Sequence record: OQ990040
DNA: 64,000 nt
Strand: one strand, 5' to 3'
From: Escherichia phage SUT_E520
The notes beneath the pieces are model-generated. The model saw only the letters and a program-made list of their open reading frames with translations, did not search any database and was not told the origin of the DNA. Shown in pieces: positions 1 through 10,148 of this stretch (positions within the stretch are counted from its first letter, which is position 1; every line of letters begins with the position of its first letter). The translations under genes were made by a program, and so were the position numbers.

Positions 1-635
1 TCTACTTCAATGAAGGTAGAGGCGTTAGACTCGGACAGAACAAAGTCAACATTTGTTGCAAAGTCCTGGTATTCCTCGTCATGCTGCTTAATCAACTTCT
101 CCAGTTCCAGCGGATCAATCAAGAATGGAGTATTCTTGAGTTCCAGCAGGTTGAGTTGCATTTTAACTTCATCTTCGGAAGTTTTCTTATCACGGGTAGC
201 CATGCTATCCTGCAAACGCTCATATTTAGCATCAAACTGTGCTTTCTGCGTATTAAACTTAACCGTAGCGGCATGGAACTGCTTACGCATGTTAGCCAGC
301 AGTTGAGCTTTAAGCTCCATAGAACGCTTAGCTTCAATTGCTTCCGCAACAGTCATTTTACGAGAACCGATCTCAACGATTGTTTCTGCATTGCTCTTAA
401 TCAGAGCAGATTTAATACGATCACGCTGAGACATCATATCCAGCAGAGACTGGAAATCAGTCTTAATACGAGTAGACAGATCAGCTACTTCGATTGCAGC
501 GCCAACTACAACCTGGTTTTTATCCTTACCTTCACCAACAGCGATCAGAAGCTGCTGTTCAGTAGCTTTACGGATTTTAGCTTCCAGAGATTTGATAGTT
601 GCTAGAGCGCGAGTTTTAGAAATACGAGTAGTCAT
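1..635 (-). CDS. hypothetical protein, 3' part only (gene runs off the left edge of the window)
   Basis: My own translation of the minus strand from ATG at 635 (MTTRISKTRALATIKSLEAKIRK...) stays open to position 1; RBS-like AAGGAAACAAATAA upstream. Not in the ORF track because it is edge-truncated. The plus-strand ORFs 10..306 and 81..605 are low-complexity shadows. Confidence 0.5.
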   Translation of the reverse strand, partial: MTTRISKTRALATIKSLEAKIRKATEQQLLIAVGEGKDKNQVVVGAAIEVADLSTRIKTDFQSLLDMMSQRDRIKSALIKSNAETIVEIGSRKMTVAEAIEAKRSMELKAQLLANMRKQFHAATVKFNTQKAQFDAKYERLQDSMATRDKKTSEDEVKMQLNLLELKNTPFLIDPLELEKLIKQHDEEYQDFATNVDFVLSESNASTFIEV

Positions 636-688
636 TATTTGTTTCCTTATATGAGGTTTGAGATTTGAATTTGTTTAAAGTTGGTCTA

Positions 689-871
689 TTACAGACCAAT
701 TGCCAGCAGAGTGCGCAGAACAGTATCGTTACTGTTATCAATTTTAGGATTAGCACGATTTAGCAGATCAAAGATTTTCTGGACACCTGATTGACGTTCA
801 GCCATACGACGGATACCCAGATTACGAGTAGCTTTCTTACCATTTTTACGAACATTTTTAGATACTGGCAT
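689..871 (-). CDS. small basic hypothetical protein (60 aa)
   Basis: ORF track; compact spacing with neighbours on the same strand. Confidence 0.35.
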   Translation of the reverse strand: MPVSKNVRKNGKKATRNLGIRRMAERQSGVQKIFDLLNRANPKIDNSNDTVLRTLLAIGL

Positions 872-941
872 ATTTGTTTTCCTTTTATTGTTTTCTCAAA
901 TTTATGAATATATTATACAGAATTTTGGAGCCGGAAGCAAA

Positions 942-1643
942 TCAAATTTTCATTTTTTCGATCATAGCTGCAACACAATAGCTTTCAACTAAGGCATCAA
1001 ATGCAGGATCATGCTTAACCGGATAGATCCCATAACGAATGGTGTCCATCTTCTCCATTTTAGCTTTTGCCCAGCTAATACCTTCAGCCTCTAGATCTTT
1101 GTAACTATAATCAGCTTGCATCCAGAGATTACGAAGAGATCGAACATTGCCCAAATTCCAGAATTTCCACGGAACTACCTCTTCATTGGTTCCAGCATGG
1201 AATGTGTTTGCAGAGTAGATAGTCATATCAAACTCTGGGCCATTACCATAATACAAAGCATTTTCGCCTAGAGCCAACTCCATAATATTTTGAGCCATAG
1301 AGAAGGCAGCATAGTTTGAGCCAAATTTATTAGTGCAATGATGTTTACCATTTTGGAAGGCAATCAGTTTTGGATTACGTTCCTTCATAGCTTCCATAAT
1401 GTGAATAGCAGACGGGCTATTTTTAGCTTGATCCATCCAGAATGCTAGAGTAGATGCTGTAACTTTAGCACCAGAATTAAGCTGATCTTGTACATCCAAA
1501 GTAACAAATACTAGATCAGGGTCTTTATCAATTCCATGCATAGCCACAAAAGCGAAAGAAGGCATTGCGATATGAGTAGTACCACAATCTCCTGGAGTTC
1601 CCAGAGATTCAATATCTAGCATACCAAATGGTTTTACTTTCAT
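942..1643 (-). CDS. putative DEDDh-type 3'-5' exonuclease
   Basis: N-terminal FGMLDIESLG (D-x-E exo I-like motif) and C-terminal H-x4-D (HDPAFD) resembling DnaQ/Rv2179c-like exonucleases; motif-level only. Confidence 0.5.
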   Translation of the reverse strand: MKVKPFGMLDIESLGTPGDCGTTHIAMPSFAFVAMHGIDKDPDLVFVTLDVQDQLNSGAKVTASTLAFWMDQAKNSPSAIHIMEAMKERNPKLIAFQNGKHHCTNKFGSNYAAFSMAQNIMELALGENALYYGNGPEFDMTIYSANTFHAGTNEEVVPWKFWNLGNVRSLRNLWMQADYSYKDLEAEGISWAKAKMEKMDTIRYGIYPVKHDPAFDALVESYCVAAMIEKMKI

Positions 1644-1671
1644 AAGTTATCCTTTATTGTGTAGAAAACTA

Positions 1672-1908
1672 TTAAAGAGCTGTCTCTTTAATAGACTCCC
1701 ACTTCTTGGGGTCTTTAAAACCAGGGAGCATATCCTCACTGACATCCCAGTTCTCTTCCATAGAGAAGTCGGGCCATTCATCCCAACTACCTTCCAACTC
1801 TTCATAACAGGTATCCATTACCTCATGACTAGAAAGTCGTGTATAATCCCTAGCTGACTTATGGGTGGTAGCACGGTTAAAATCATTCTTTGCCACAAAA
1901 TTACGCAT
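1672..1908 (-). CDS. hypothetical acidic protein (78 aa)
   Basis: ORF track; same-strand operon context. Confidence 0.4.
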   Translation of the reverse strand: MRNFVAKNDFNRATTHKSARDYTRLSSHEVMDTCYEELEGSWDEWPDFSMEENWDVSEDMLPGFKDPKKWESIKETAL

Positions 1909-1949
1909 AGTTTCTCCAAATAAGAGGGGCTTTCGCCCCCTGATTTAAA

Positions 1950-2165
1950 TCACTTGCCCAGCAGTTTAAGGATATTTTCCATAATAGTTTGGGCAGATTT
2001 TTCACTCTTGTTGGTTTCAGCCAACTTTAAAGCGAGTTCTTCCTGCTGTTTCTGAATATCAGCTGCGATTTTTTGATCAGCCTCAATACGAGCTTGAAGC
2101 TCATCAGTGATAGTGGTAAAGGAAGCAACGATTTCAGTAACAGAACGTGGTTTCTTAGAGAACAT
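1950..2165 (-). CDS. hypothetical protein (71 aa, coiled-coil-like)
   Basis: ORF track; GC-rich hairpin immediately downstream of its stop. Confidence 0.4.
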   Translation of the reverse strand: MFSKKPRSVTEIVASFTTITDELQARIEADQKIAADIQKQQEELALKLAETNKSEKSAQTIMENILKLLGK

Positions 2166-2229
2166 AAAAAATATCCTTGATTAGTTAGAGAATTAGTGGA
2201 TTGTAGGGGCTTCTGCCCCTATTTATCTA

Positions 2230-2745
2230 TTACTTCGCTTTACGCTTGCGAGCTGGTTTAGCAGATTTACGAGCAGAATCACCAGTGAACTTAATGCCTA
2301 CACCGTAACACAGAGCGCGAACATTATCTTTACTATACTCTACGCCAAAGATATTTGGCTTAACAGAACCAAACTGTCCACGAGTATCGCGCAATACATC
2401 TGCTGTTGGTTTACGCTTCTGGTTAACTGCCTTCTCGTAGTCTTTCATAGACATACCATTACGAGAGAACAATTCAGCCCCAGCGTTGAAACTCAAAGAT
2501 ACTGGGACAGATTTGTGGCCGTAATTTTCTACATACATAACCATTTTGTAGGATTTACGGGTGGCATTTTTAGCTTTAGGCTTCTTACGAATCGGAGCCG
2601 GATTATTCAATGCTTGCGCAGCCTGAGCATCGGTAGGATGCTTACGCAGGTGACGTTCCAGACGAGCTTTGCGATTAGCCTCGGTCTGCGGGAAAGTTTT
2701 AACTGCCGGGGCTGCTTGAGTTTTTGCGTTTTTCTGCTTAGCCAT
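2230..2745 (-). CDS. hypothetical highly basic protein (171 aa), possible nucleic-acid binding
   Basis: Lys/Arg-rich N- and C-termini (KRKAK tail); RBS upstream. Confidence 0.5.
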   Translation of the reverse strand: MAKQKNAKTQAAPAVKTFPQTEANRKARLERHLRKHPTDAQAAQALNNPAPIRKKPKAKNATRKSYKMVMYVENYGHKSVPVSLSFNAGAELFSRNGMSMKDYEKAVNQKRKPTADVLRDTRGQFGSVKPNIFGVEYSKDNVRALCYGVGIKFTGDSARKSAKPARKRKAK

Positions 2746-2820
2746 TATTTGTTTTCCTTTTTGTTTATCAATTTATGAAGTATATTATACGAGAATTTGA
2801 AGCGTTTAGCAAATGAATTT

Positions 2821-3270
2821 TTAATTTATTAACTGTAAGCTTCTTTTAATTTCAGACCTTACTTGCATCAAAAGGACTCCTAAAGTATTATCCCCGATGC
2901 CTCGGCAAACACCCCAATATGTATCTCCCCAGGTATTTCCTTCGATCAAAGTTGCATTTTCTGTTGCTAACAGTTTATCTCTTAAATCAGGAATTGCAAA
3001 CTTTAATCGTAAAAGCTCTAGCATTACATCATCTTTTACTTTATCCCAGTCAGAGCGTAGGGTTAATTTACGTCCTCTACGTTTAGCAACTCCTGCATTT
3101 AGGGAGCGGAGTACATGAGCTACATCATCTTTTTGGTCGGATTTCATAGCCTGAAAAGCATGTTCTACAGTATCAGCATGCCATATCTCATTTAGATATT
3201 CGAAAGTAATTGGTGATAAATAAAAGTTAGATAAGAAACTATAAGTACCTTTAAATTCAGTAATCTTCAT
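2821..3270 (-). CDS. NADAR (YbiA-like, DUF1768) domain protein
   Basis: Aligns by eye to E. coli YbiA: FLSNFY...HAFQAMK and LLRLKF...LLAT...GNTWGDTYWGV...G.N.LG.LLM.VR. Confidence 0.7.
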   Translation of the reverse strand: MKITEFKGTYSFLSNFYLSPITFEYLNEIWHADTVEHAFQAMKSDQKDDVAHVLRSLNAGVAKRRGRKLTLRSDWDKVKDDVMLELLRLKFAIPDLRDKLLATENATLIEGNTWGDTYWGVCRGIGDNTLGVLLMQVRSEIKRSLQLIN

Positions 3271-3551
3271 TTTTTACGCCCCGCATCTTTAGCCTCCTCG
3301 GCTGTATAGATATACTGATAAGCCCCTTTGGAGTAGGCTGGAGCAGTACACATTTTCTTACGCTCAATCTCTTCTTGAGCTTTTCTTTCGCGTTCCGCTA
3401 ATTCTTCGTCCAAATAAACTAAACGTTGTTCTGGAGGAGGTGGAAGACGTGTTTCTGGCTCGCCAATATTAGCCTTTCTTATTTGACGAGGTGATTGTGC
3501 ACGTTTTCTCAATGGTTTAAATCCTAATGAATTTGAGTTATAGATCCGCAT
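3267..3551 (-). CDS. hypothetical protein (94 aa)
   Basis: ORF track; start/stop overlap with neighbours. Confidence 0.4.
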   Translation of the reverse strand: MRIYNSNSLGFKPLRKRAQSPRQIRKANIGEPETRLPPPPEQRLVYLDEELAERERKAQEEIERKKMCTAPAYSKGAYQYIYTAEEAKDAGRKK

Positions 3552-3628
3552 AAAGCCCTCCTCACTTTCAATACGAATATTATACTAAATTATAGGGCTT
3601 TAAGCAAGAGAATTTTTTAATTTATTTA

Positions 3629-4117
3629 TCACATCTCAGCCATTTCAGCTTCAGTAATAACTGTATTACATAAGGCGTCTACAGCCTCATTACCACTAAT
3701 ACCAGAATGTCCTTTAACCTTAATAAAGGTAGGGTTAGTATTATGAAAGTTGATATACTGCTGTGTTAATTTAAATGCTTCCTGCCAAAGTTCTAGATTA
3801 AGAGGAACTTCACCATCTGCTTTCTTCCAGCCTTTCCTTTGCCAAGAAAACATCCAACTTTCCATGCCATTTTTGCAATAAGCAGAGTCAGTATAGATAG
3901 CAATTGGTCTATTATCTTTTTTAACAGACCAACGTAGGGCTTCTACGATAGCTGTGAGTTCCATCTCATTATTTGTAGTTTTAGGATTATAACCAGATTT
4001 AGAACCTAAACGATCGTCGTTATCATCATAGACAATAAAACCCCAAGCACCTGGACCTGGATTAGACTTACAAGCACCATCTGTGTAAATGTGGAAAACC
4101 GACATTATACCTCCCAA
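3629..4117 (-). CDS. rnhA: ribonuclease H (RNase HI)
   Basis: IYTDGAC..NPGPGAWG N-terminal motif and ...GHSG..GNE..D C-terminal motif typical of RNase HI. Confidence 0.85.
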   Translation of the reverse strand: MGGIMSVFHIYTDGACKSNPGPGAWGFIVYDDNDDRLGSKSGYNPKTTNNEMELTAIVEALRWSVKKDNRPIAIYTDSAYCKNGMESWMFSWQRKGWKKADGEVPLNLELWQEAFKLTQQYINFHNTNPTFIKVKGHSGISGNEAVDALCNTVITEAEMAEM

Positions 4118-4386
4118 CTAATTTTAAGACCCATGTCTACAAAGGCGGCTTCTCGGTAGTATTGAGAGAGATGATACCCCTTATCCGATAAGGTTTTTAG
4201 TACCGATTTAGCGGCTCCTGGCATTTCTCTAGGATTATATAGCCACCTAGCGTAAGGATTATCTCGAATAATTACTTCTGTATTTCCAGACTTAGCAGCT
4301 TCTACAATCTTTTCTTCTATAAACTTTAGAAAAGCGGGTACTTCTGTTAATCCTGCAAGTTCTTGGGCTTCTTTGGCTGAAATCAT
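4105..4386 (-). CDS. hypothetical protein (93 aa)
   Basis: ORF track; overlapping start/stop with neighbours. Confidence 0.4.
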   Translation of the reverse strand: MISAKEAQELAGLTEVPAFLKFIEEKIVEAAKSGNTEVIIRDNPYARWLYNPREMPGAAKSVLKTLSDKGYHLSQYYREAAFVDMGLKISWEV

Positions 4387-4586
4387 GGCTTTTCACCTTC
4401 TGCTACACTTCTGGTTTTTGGTGGGATGGGAGGGTTAGGTTTTATAGCCGCTAATTCCCTATCTAAGAATTCCTCTATTGCTCTATCTACAAAGTAGTCA
4501 TAGGGTAAATGATAATGTTCTGATAGAGTAAGAAGTTTGTGCTCTTGGCTTTCTGTTAAATAAACTTTCTTTCTAAAGAGTCCCAT
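4383..4586 (-). CDS. hypothetical protein (67 aa)
   Basis: ORF track. Confidence 0.35.
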   Translation of the reverse strand: MGLFRKKVYLTESQEHKLLTLSEHYHLPYDYFVDRAIEEFLDRELAAIKPNPPIPPKTRSVAEGEKP

Positions 4587-4680
4587 ATGTGTATCTCCAA
4601 TCTATAAAATATATTATATTTAAATTTCACTAAATAAGCAAATGAAATTTAAATATAATAGCCCCGAAGGGCTATTTAAA

Positions 4681-5535
4681 TTACACAGTGAATGGATATG
4701 CAATAGCAGGATGGTGTTCGTAACCACGAACAGTAAAATCATCCTTATTTACCCAGGTCAATACATCCTCCAGAGTTCGGATATTTGGATTGATTTCTAG
4801 AGTAGGAGGTGCAAAGGGTTCACGATCAAATTGCTTATGCTCCATCAAAACATTATACTGATCCTCATAGATATGAAGATTGATAATCTTCTGGCGTGCA
4901 ATCCCTGGTTTAAGGCCTGTAATCTGTGCCATTAATGCTAGAAGCGTATAGCACTGAACCATGTTAAATACTTGGCCTAACAGGAAGTCATTAGATCTCT
5001 GGAAAGAGTTCAGATATAATGTATCTCCCAAAATAGAGAACTGATGAGTATGCATACATGGACGTAAGCAACCCTTTGAGAACTCCCCCGGATTCCAGAA
5101 GGTTAGAATTTCCCCACGATCATCAATGCCCTTTTTCAGATTATGATAAATCTTGGCTAGTTGGTCAAACATAAGACCATCGGAATTAGTCCACTGACGT
5201 CCTTGAACACCATAGACTCGTCCCATATCATCCTCACCTTTACGGTATGGATTGTCTAGCCAAGCTAAGTTTTCATTTGCATTAGCATTCCATGTGTTAA
5301 CACCAATAGCGCGGAATTGTGCTGCTGAATCATACCCACGTAGATACCCAATCATTTCCATTATTGCTTGTTTTGCAAACGCCTTACGAGTAGTAATAAG
5401 TGGGAATTCACCTGCACCTACGTTAAAAGTAAAATCTGCATCAATAATGGTGAGGCAACGAACCCCTGTTCTGGGATTCGTTACCCACTGACCTTCTGAT
5501 AGAATACGTTTTCCAACTTCTATATACTGATCCAT
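4681..5535 (-). CDS. thyA: thymidylate synthase
   Basis: 284-aa product with ThyA-like sequence; followed by DHFR, the classic thy-frd pairing. Confidence 0.85.
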   Translation of the reverse strand: MDQYIEVGKRILSEGQWVTNPRTGVRCLTIIDADFTFNVGAGEFPLITTRKAFAKQAIMEMIGYLRGYDSAAQFRAIGVNTWNANANENLAWLDNPYRKGEDDMGRVYGVQGRQWTNSDGLMFDQLAKIYHNLKKGIDDRGEILTFWNPGEFSKGCLRPCMHTHQFSILGDTLYLNSFQRSNDFLLGQVFNMVQCYTLLALMAQITGLKPGIARQKIINLHIYEDQYNVLMEHKQFDREPFAPPTLEINPNIRTLEDVLTWVNKDDFTVRGYEHHPAIAYPFTV

Positions 5536-6068
5536 TAATAAGTAACCAATTCCTGTACAAATCGCAGGCTGTTATCACTGTTTGCGCCAGTTGCGTAAAC
5601 TAAACGAGTAGATTCATAGTTGTAATCTAGAATCGTATTATCCAGATATACATCTGCCTCTAGTTTTTGATTACTAAAGATTGTGGATACAAAAGCACTT
5701 TCAATATGACCATATTGATACATTTCTAGAAGAAGGTTAGCACCACCTAGAACTACTGTCTGCTGATCTTTCAGAAATGTAGGTAAAGCATCCCCAATCT
5801 TAGAAATTGGGGTGTAAATATCATGTGTAATATCATCTGGCAGTGGACGATCAGCACGAATAAATAGGTCAGAAGCTCCAATCATACGTTCTCTAACGGC
5901 GTATGGAAGAGCTAAATAAGTACCCGCACCAATGATGATGTTATCTGGATTCAACACGTCCAGTTGAGAATAGAAAGCATCTAGTTCTTCTTTGAAGGAA
6001 CCCCATGGAAGTTTACCGCGGAGGCCGAACTCCCCATTCGGCCCAACTGCATACATTGCTGTAATCAT
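5535..6068 (-). CDS. frd: dihydrofolate reductase
   Basis: N-terminal ...[14 protein letters not shown]... resembles the DHFR fold motif; sits between thyA and nrdB. Confidence 0.75.
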   Translation of the reverse strand: MITAMYAVGPNGEFGLRGKLPWGSFKEELDAFYSQLDVLNPDNIIIGAGTYLALPYAVRERMIGASDLFIRADRPLPDDITHDIYTPISKIGDALPTFLKDQQTVVLGGANLLLEMYQYGHIESAFVSTIFSNQKLEADVYLDNTILDYNYESTRLVYATGANSDNSLRFVQELVTY

Positions 6069-7210
6069 AAGAAATCTCCAAATTCATTACCCAGATCTTT
6101 CAGAGTATCAGTAGAGGTCTCAGTTACCTGACCTACACGGTAGGCTGCACCAATCTGGATTTCTTGTGGAGCAGGCTGTAGAGAAGTAGTATCCAACCAG
6201 TTCATAATCCACGGAATAGGGTTTTTGGTGATTACTGGTAAATGACTAGGCCATTCTACACCGATGTGCATAAATGCATTACGTCCCACAAAATACAGAT
6301 ATTCTTCTAGAAGTTCTGCATTCAAGCCAATCAGACTACGACCTTTGAAAATGAAATGACCCCATTCAATTTCAGTTTTCAGAGTTTTCAGGAGCTGTGC
6401 TGGTGCTTTAGCCACTGCTTCATCTACCAGATCTTTGTCAAATTGCTGAAACATAATCTGGATGATTGCTTTGGACATCTGAGTGTGCAGAGCTTCATCT
6501 TTAGCGATTAATTGCAGATTTTTAGCAATACCTTGCAGAATATCGTTCTCTGCTAATGCAAAGGTACATGCAAAGGATGCGTAAAACTGCATTGCTTCCA
6601 GACCATAGATCGCAAAGTAAGCGTCTAATAGTTTAGCCTGAGTTTCACGTTTAACTTCAGGGAACTCAGTTTCTGGATATGTATTGTCGCCACGATGATC
6701 GCGTACTGCGATGAAATACTGACCTAACTGGTACAGTTCATCGAATAGTTCAACAGAATCAGCGATGCGCGCGAATGCTTCTTGGTTTTTGGTTACAGAA
6801 TCAATAAATTCTGCTGGATCAGTCAGCACATTACGAATAATATTGCTATAAGCACGACTATGCAGGTCTTCAAAATAGCTCCACTGTTTGAGCATACCTT
6901 CCAATTCTGGACGACTTACAAGCGGCATAATAGCTGCTTCAGGGGCACGACTAATAAAGGAATCAGTTTGAGTTTGCCATGCTAAGTTCAGGAGTGTAAT
7001 TTCCTGAATTTCTCGTGGGAGATTAGGCCATTGTTTCTTATCTGCTTCCAGACTGATTTCAGTTTCAGTCCAAAATTGAGAGCGCTGCAGAAGTGCCAGA
7101 CGTTCTAGTTCTGGATGTGCTACACGTACATAATCTGCGATACCGAGAGAATCTCCCAGGAAAAGGTCGGCGTTAGTATGATCCCAATTCAGGTTTAGTA
7201 AAGTAGTCAT
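6065..7210 (-). CDS. nrdB: ribonucleotide reductase class Ia beta subunit
   Basis: 381 aa; ferritin-like di-iron protein with NrdB-like C-terminus; adjacent to nrdA. Confidence 0.85.
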   Translation of the reverse strand: MTTLLNLNWDHTNADLFLGDSLGIADYVRVAHPELERLALLQRSQFWTETEISLEADKKQWPNLPREIQEITLLNLAWQTQTDSFISRAPEAAIMPLVSRPELEGMLKQWSYFEDLHSRAYSNIIRNVLTDPAEFIDSVTKNQEAFARIADSVELFDELYQLGQYFIAVRDHRGDNTYPETEFPEVKRETQAKLLDAYFAIYGLEAMQFYASFACTFALAENDILQGIAKNLQLIAKDEALHTQMSKAIIQIMFQQFDKDLVDEAVAKAPAQLLKTLKTEIEWGHFIFKGRSLIGLNAELLEEYLYFVGRNAFMHIGVEWPSHLPVITKNPIPWIMNWLDTTSLQPAPQEIQIGAAYRVGQVTETSTDTLKDLGNEFGDFL

Positions 7211-7276
7211 TGATTTTCCTCTTTCTCACTATTTCAGGAATATTATAGCAAATCTGGTAGCGATTAGCAAGTAAAA

Positions 7277-7759
7277 TTATAAACTATCAAGCTCCAATAG
7301 TTTAGCATCGCGCCATTCTATAGCATCCTCTAATTCTTTGAATGTTTTAGTATGTTTTACACCTTTTCTAGCAATCTGGACTTGGTAAGATCCGCTTGCT
7401 TTTTGGTGTATATTCTTAATACCTAACTTATTGTCTTTGTGCGCTCCGACATTCTTTCCATTGTTAAATCTATCAGATGCTAATAAATTAATTGCTCTAT
7501 TATCATGACGTATTCTGTTGTCATGGTCTACTTCTTTTGGAATGTATCCATGAGTGATATAGAATGCTAGGATATGTGCATAGTATTTTTTACCCCTTAC
7601 TTGCATTACTATATACCCTGAGCATTTTTCTAGAGAACCTGCTTCTTTGCCAGCAAACTTAGTATTAAAGGATTTATCTTCTCTAGGTTTGTGGGTAAAG
7701 ATTCCAGTTTCTGGATTATAGTCAAATAACCCAGCTATTTCTTTATATTTTTCTTCCAT
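7277..7759 (-). CDS. free-standing HNH homing endonuclease (HNH_3 with AP2-like C-terminal DNA-binding region)
   Basis: GY...AH.....THGYIP....VDHDNRIRHDNRAINL motif; inserted between nrdA and nrdB. Confidence 0.75.
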   Translation of the reverse strand: MEEKYKEIAGLFDYNPETGIFTHKPREDKSFNTKFAGKEAGSLEKCSGYIVMQVRGKKYYAHILAFYITHGYIPKEVDHDNRIRHDNRAINLLASDRFNNGKNVGAHKDNKLGIKNIHQKASGSYQVQIARKGVKHTKTFKELEDAIEWRDAKLLELDSL

Positions 7760-7814
7760 AATCTAAAATTACAGCTATGATAGGCCTAATAAAGGGGCTT
7801 TCGCCCCTTATTTA

Positions 7815-10148
7815 TTATAATTGACAACCACCGGATGCACATCCAGCAGCAGCTTCTTCACCTGCACCTCCACCATTTGCAGTATTGAAGTTTGCATAGT
7901 AGAAAGTTTTCCACCCATACTTAACAGCAGTCATGAAATCACGAACTACTACTGGGCCAGGAATGATTTCATTCTCAAACTTGGTGTAGTCATAGTACAT
8001 ATTCGTACTGATAGACTGACTGAAGAATTTCTGCATAGTTGCTACCCACTTGATCCACTCGATACGATCTACATCATAAGCCAGTTTATAGCTCATTAAC
8101 GTTTCCCAATCGGTTGCACCTGGAGCAATTGCAATTACTTTATTTACTGCACTACCCTTGATAGATACAATCTTACGAGGTGGTTCGATAGAGTTAGTAA
8201 CACCTAACAGAACAGAAGAACTTTCTCCCGGCATCTGAGCAGTCAGAACAGAGTTACGCATACCATATTTCAGAATATCTGCACGCAGAGACTCCCAATC
8301 CATTTCTAGACCTACGGATACCAGTTCATCAACAGTTTTCTTGTACGTGTCGATTACCAGAATTCCTTTAGATGGTTTAGTACGATCAAACCACTCACAT
8401 GCACCCTGTTCTTTAGCTAGGCGTACAGAGGCTTTATGCAGGAAGTAAGACAGTTTTTCAGCCTCACGGTGAATCCAGTTACGAGCTTCAATACCTTCAT
8501 AAGCCAGACCTTCTGCTGCCATTGCACCTGCTGCGTTCATCAGGCCAATACCAACATTACGACGTTTCTTAGCCGTATATTCCATAGTTGGGAACGGATA
8601 ATCCTGAATTTCAATAATTGTATCAACGAATTTCAGAAGGATGTAGCAAGTTTTTTCCCACTCAGCCAGAGATTCCATGCGTCCAAGTACAACACCGCCT
8701 AAGTTACACAGAGATACTTCACCAATATCCTCCGGCTTCATTTGATCAAGTTGTTCTTTTGTTTTATACAGTTCCGTGATATGATGGAACGGGCGTGTAG
8801 GCTGAGTAATTTCAACACAAAGGTTTGTCATACGGATCGGATCAAGGAAGTTACCGTGACGATTAGATTCCCCGATGTGATGAGCATACATACGTCCTGT
8901 TTCCATTCGGATACGTAGCCAAGTATCTAGGATTTCTTTTGCAGAGACTTTAGGAGCTGCTGGAACTGTTTTTCCTTCGTGGTCGATCTTTGTAAGAGAT
9001 GCCACACGTTTCTCCGCTGCCACGTAGATTTCTTCAAATTTAGCCTCGTCATCACTATAAAACGCTTCATGAACTTCTGGAGCATAGAAGTATGACATTA
9101 GCGTAATATCTTCGTTTTTAAGATAACGTTTTAACAAAAGATTGTTAAAGCTCAGAGAATAGTCCATCTTATCGATTTTATTCTCATCTGTAGCACGTTG
9201 TTGCTTAACCTGCATCAATTGAATGATTTCAGGGTCGAAGTACGTATAAGACACTGTGGCAGAACCACCACGAGTTTGCTGAGTATTGGCCTTTACTGAG
9301 CGGTCAATGTGTCGATAATATGGCAGTTTTCCGGAATGCGGGAATGCCCCATTTCGCACCGGATCAGCAATTGATCGGCTTTCAAGATGATACCCGATTC
9401 CCGCTCTGGCTGCGACCATTTTGAAGACGATGTGCTCGGCGGTGTCGATTGAATCCAACGTGTCAGTGGAATCCACGAGGCAGCAACTAGCAAATCCACG
9501 GTCACTAGAGCGCAGACCAACCAGTGGCGGCGTAGGAATGTTGATTTTGTGGAGTGACATTGCGTTGTAGAGGTCGATTGCATCTAGAATTGTCCAGTTA
9601 GGTTGAGATAACATCGCCATTGCCATACCCATGTAGGCAAACTGCGGAGTTTCATAGATTTCACCAGTGGCTATGTTACGACGGGAATACTTATCAAAGA
9701 ACTGTTTCAGCCCACCACTAGTAAAAAGACGGTCACGATCATGGTCGATAACCTGATTCAGAGCTTCAAATTGCTCATCGGTAATCCATGCACTCATGTC
9801 TTCCCATGCACCTACGCTAACCATATGGTCATGGAAGAAGCGCAGAGAAGGTGGTTCGAAGGAATCATAGAGGCGTTTACGCATTTGCGCAAGACGTAAT
9901 TCCTTTGCTGGCACATCATATGCTGGATTATCTTTGATAAGACTTTCAGCAGCTTTAATTAATGCATCCATCAGAGTGTCGGAATCTACAACCCCTTTAG
10001 GCAGAGTTTTTTGAGCAGCCATAGTAATGGCTGACCAACTTACATCAACTGTTTTGCAACCATACTCCGCCCAACCATTGAGTTTTTCAGGAGCAAAGTC
10101 TTCTACAGTACCGTCACGTTTAATTACTTTTTCAATGCGATGGCTCAT
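7815..10148 (-). CDS. nrdA: ribonucleotide reductase class Ia alpha subunit with N-terminal ATP-cone
   Basis: Long RNR-alpha-like protein. The track ORF extends to 10253, but the ATG at 10148 (MSHRIEKVIKRDG, ATP-cone start) has a good AAGGAAA RBS and is the likely start. Confidence 0.85.
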   Translation of the reverse strand: MSHRIEKVIKRDGTVEDFAPEKLNGWAEYGCKTVDVSWSAITMAAQKTLPKGVVDSDTLMDALIKAAESLIKDNPAYDVPAKELRLAQMRKRLYDSFEPPSLRFFHDHMVSVGAWEDMSAWITDEQFEALNQVIDHDRDRLFTSGGLKQFFDKYSRRNIATGEIYETPQFAYMGMAMAMLSQPNWTILDAIDLYNAMSLHKINIPTPPLVGLRSSDRGFASCCLVDSTDTLDSIDTAEHIVFKMVAARAGIGYHLESRSIADPVRNGAFPHSGKLPYYRHIDRSVKANTQQTRGGSATVSYTYFDPEIIQLMQVKQQRATDENKIDKMDYSLSFNNLLLKRYLKNEDITLMSYFYAPEVHEAFYSDDEAKFEEIYVAAEKRVASLTKIDHEGKTVPAAPKVSAKEILDTWLRIRMETGRMYAHHIGESNRHGNFLDPIRMTNLCVEITQPTRPFHHITELYKTKEQLDQMKPEDIGEVSLCNLGGVVLGRMESLAEWEKTCYILLKFVDTIIEIQDYPFPTMEYTAKKRRNVGIGLMNAAGAMAAEGLAYEGIEARNWIHREAEKLSYFLHKASVRLAKEQGACEWFDRTKPSKGILVIDTYKKTVDELVSVGLEMDWESLRADILKYGMRNSVLTAQMPGESSSVLLGVTNSIEPPRKIVSIKGSAVNKVIAIAPGATDWETLMSYKLAYDVDRIEWIKWVATMQKFFSQSISTNMYYDYTKFENEIIPGPVVVRDFMTAVKYGWKTFYYANFNTANGGGAGEEAAAGCASGGCQL

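Noticed and set aside
10-605. Plus-strand ORFs 10..306 and 81..605
   Set aside because: Low-complexity, no RBS, and fully overlapped by a better minus-strand gene (start 635) in operon with downstream minus-strand genes.
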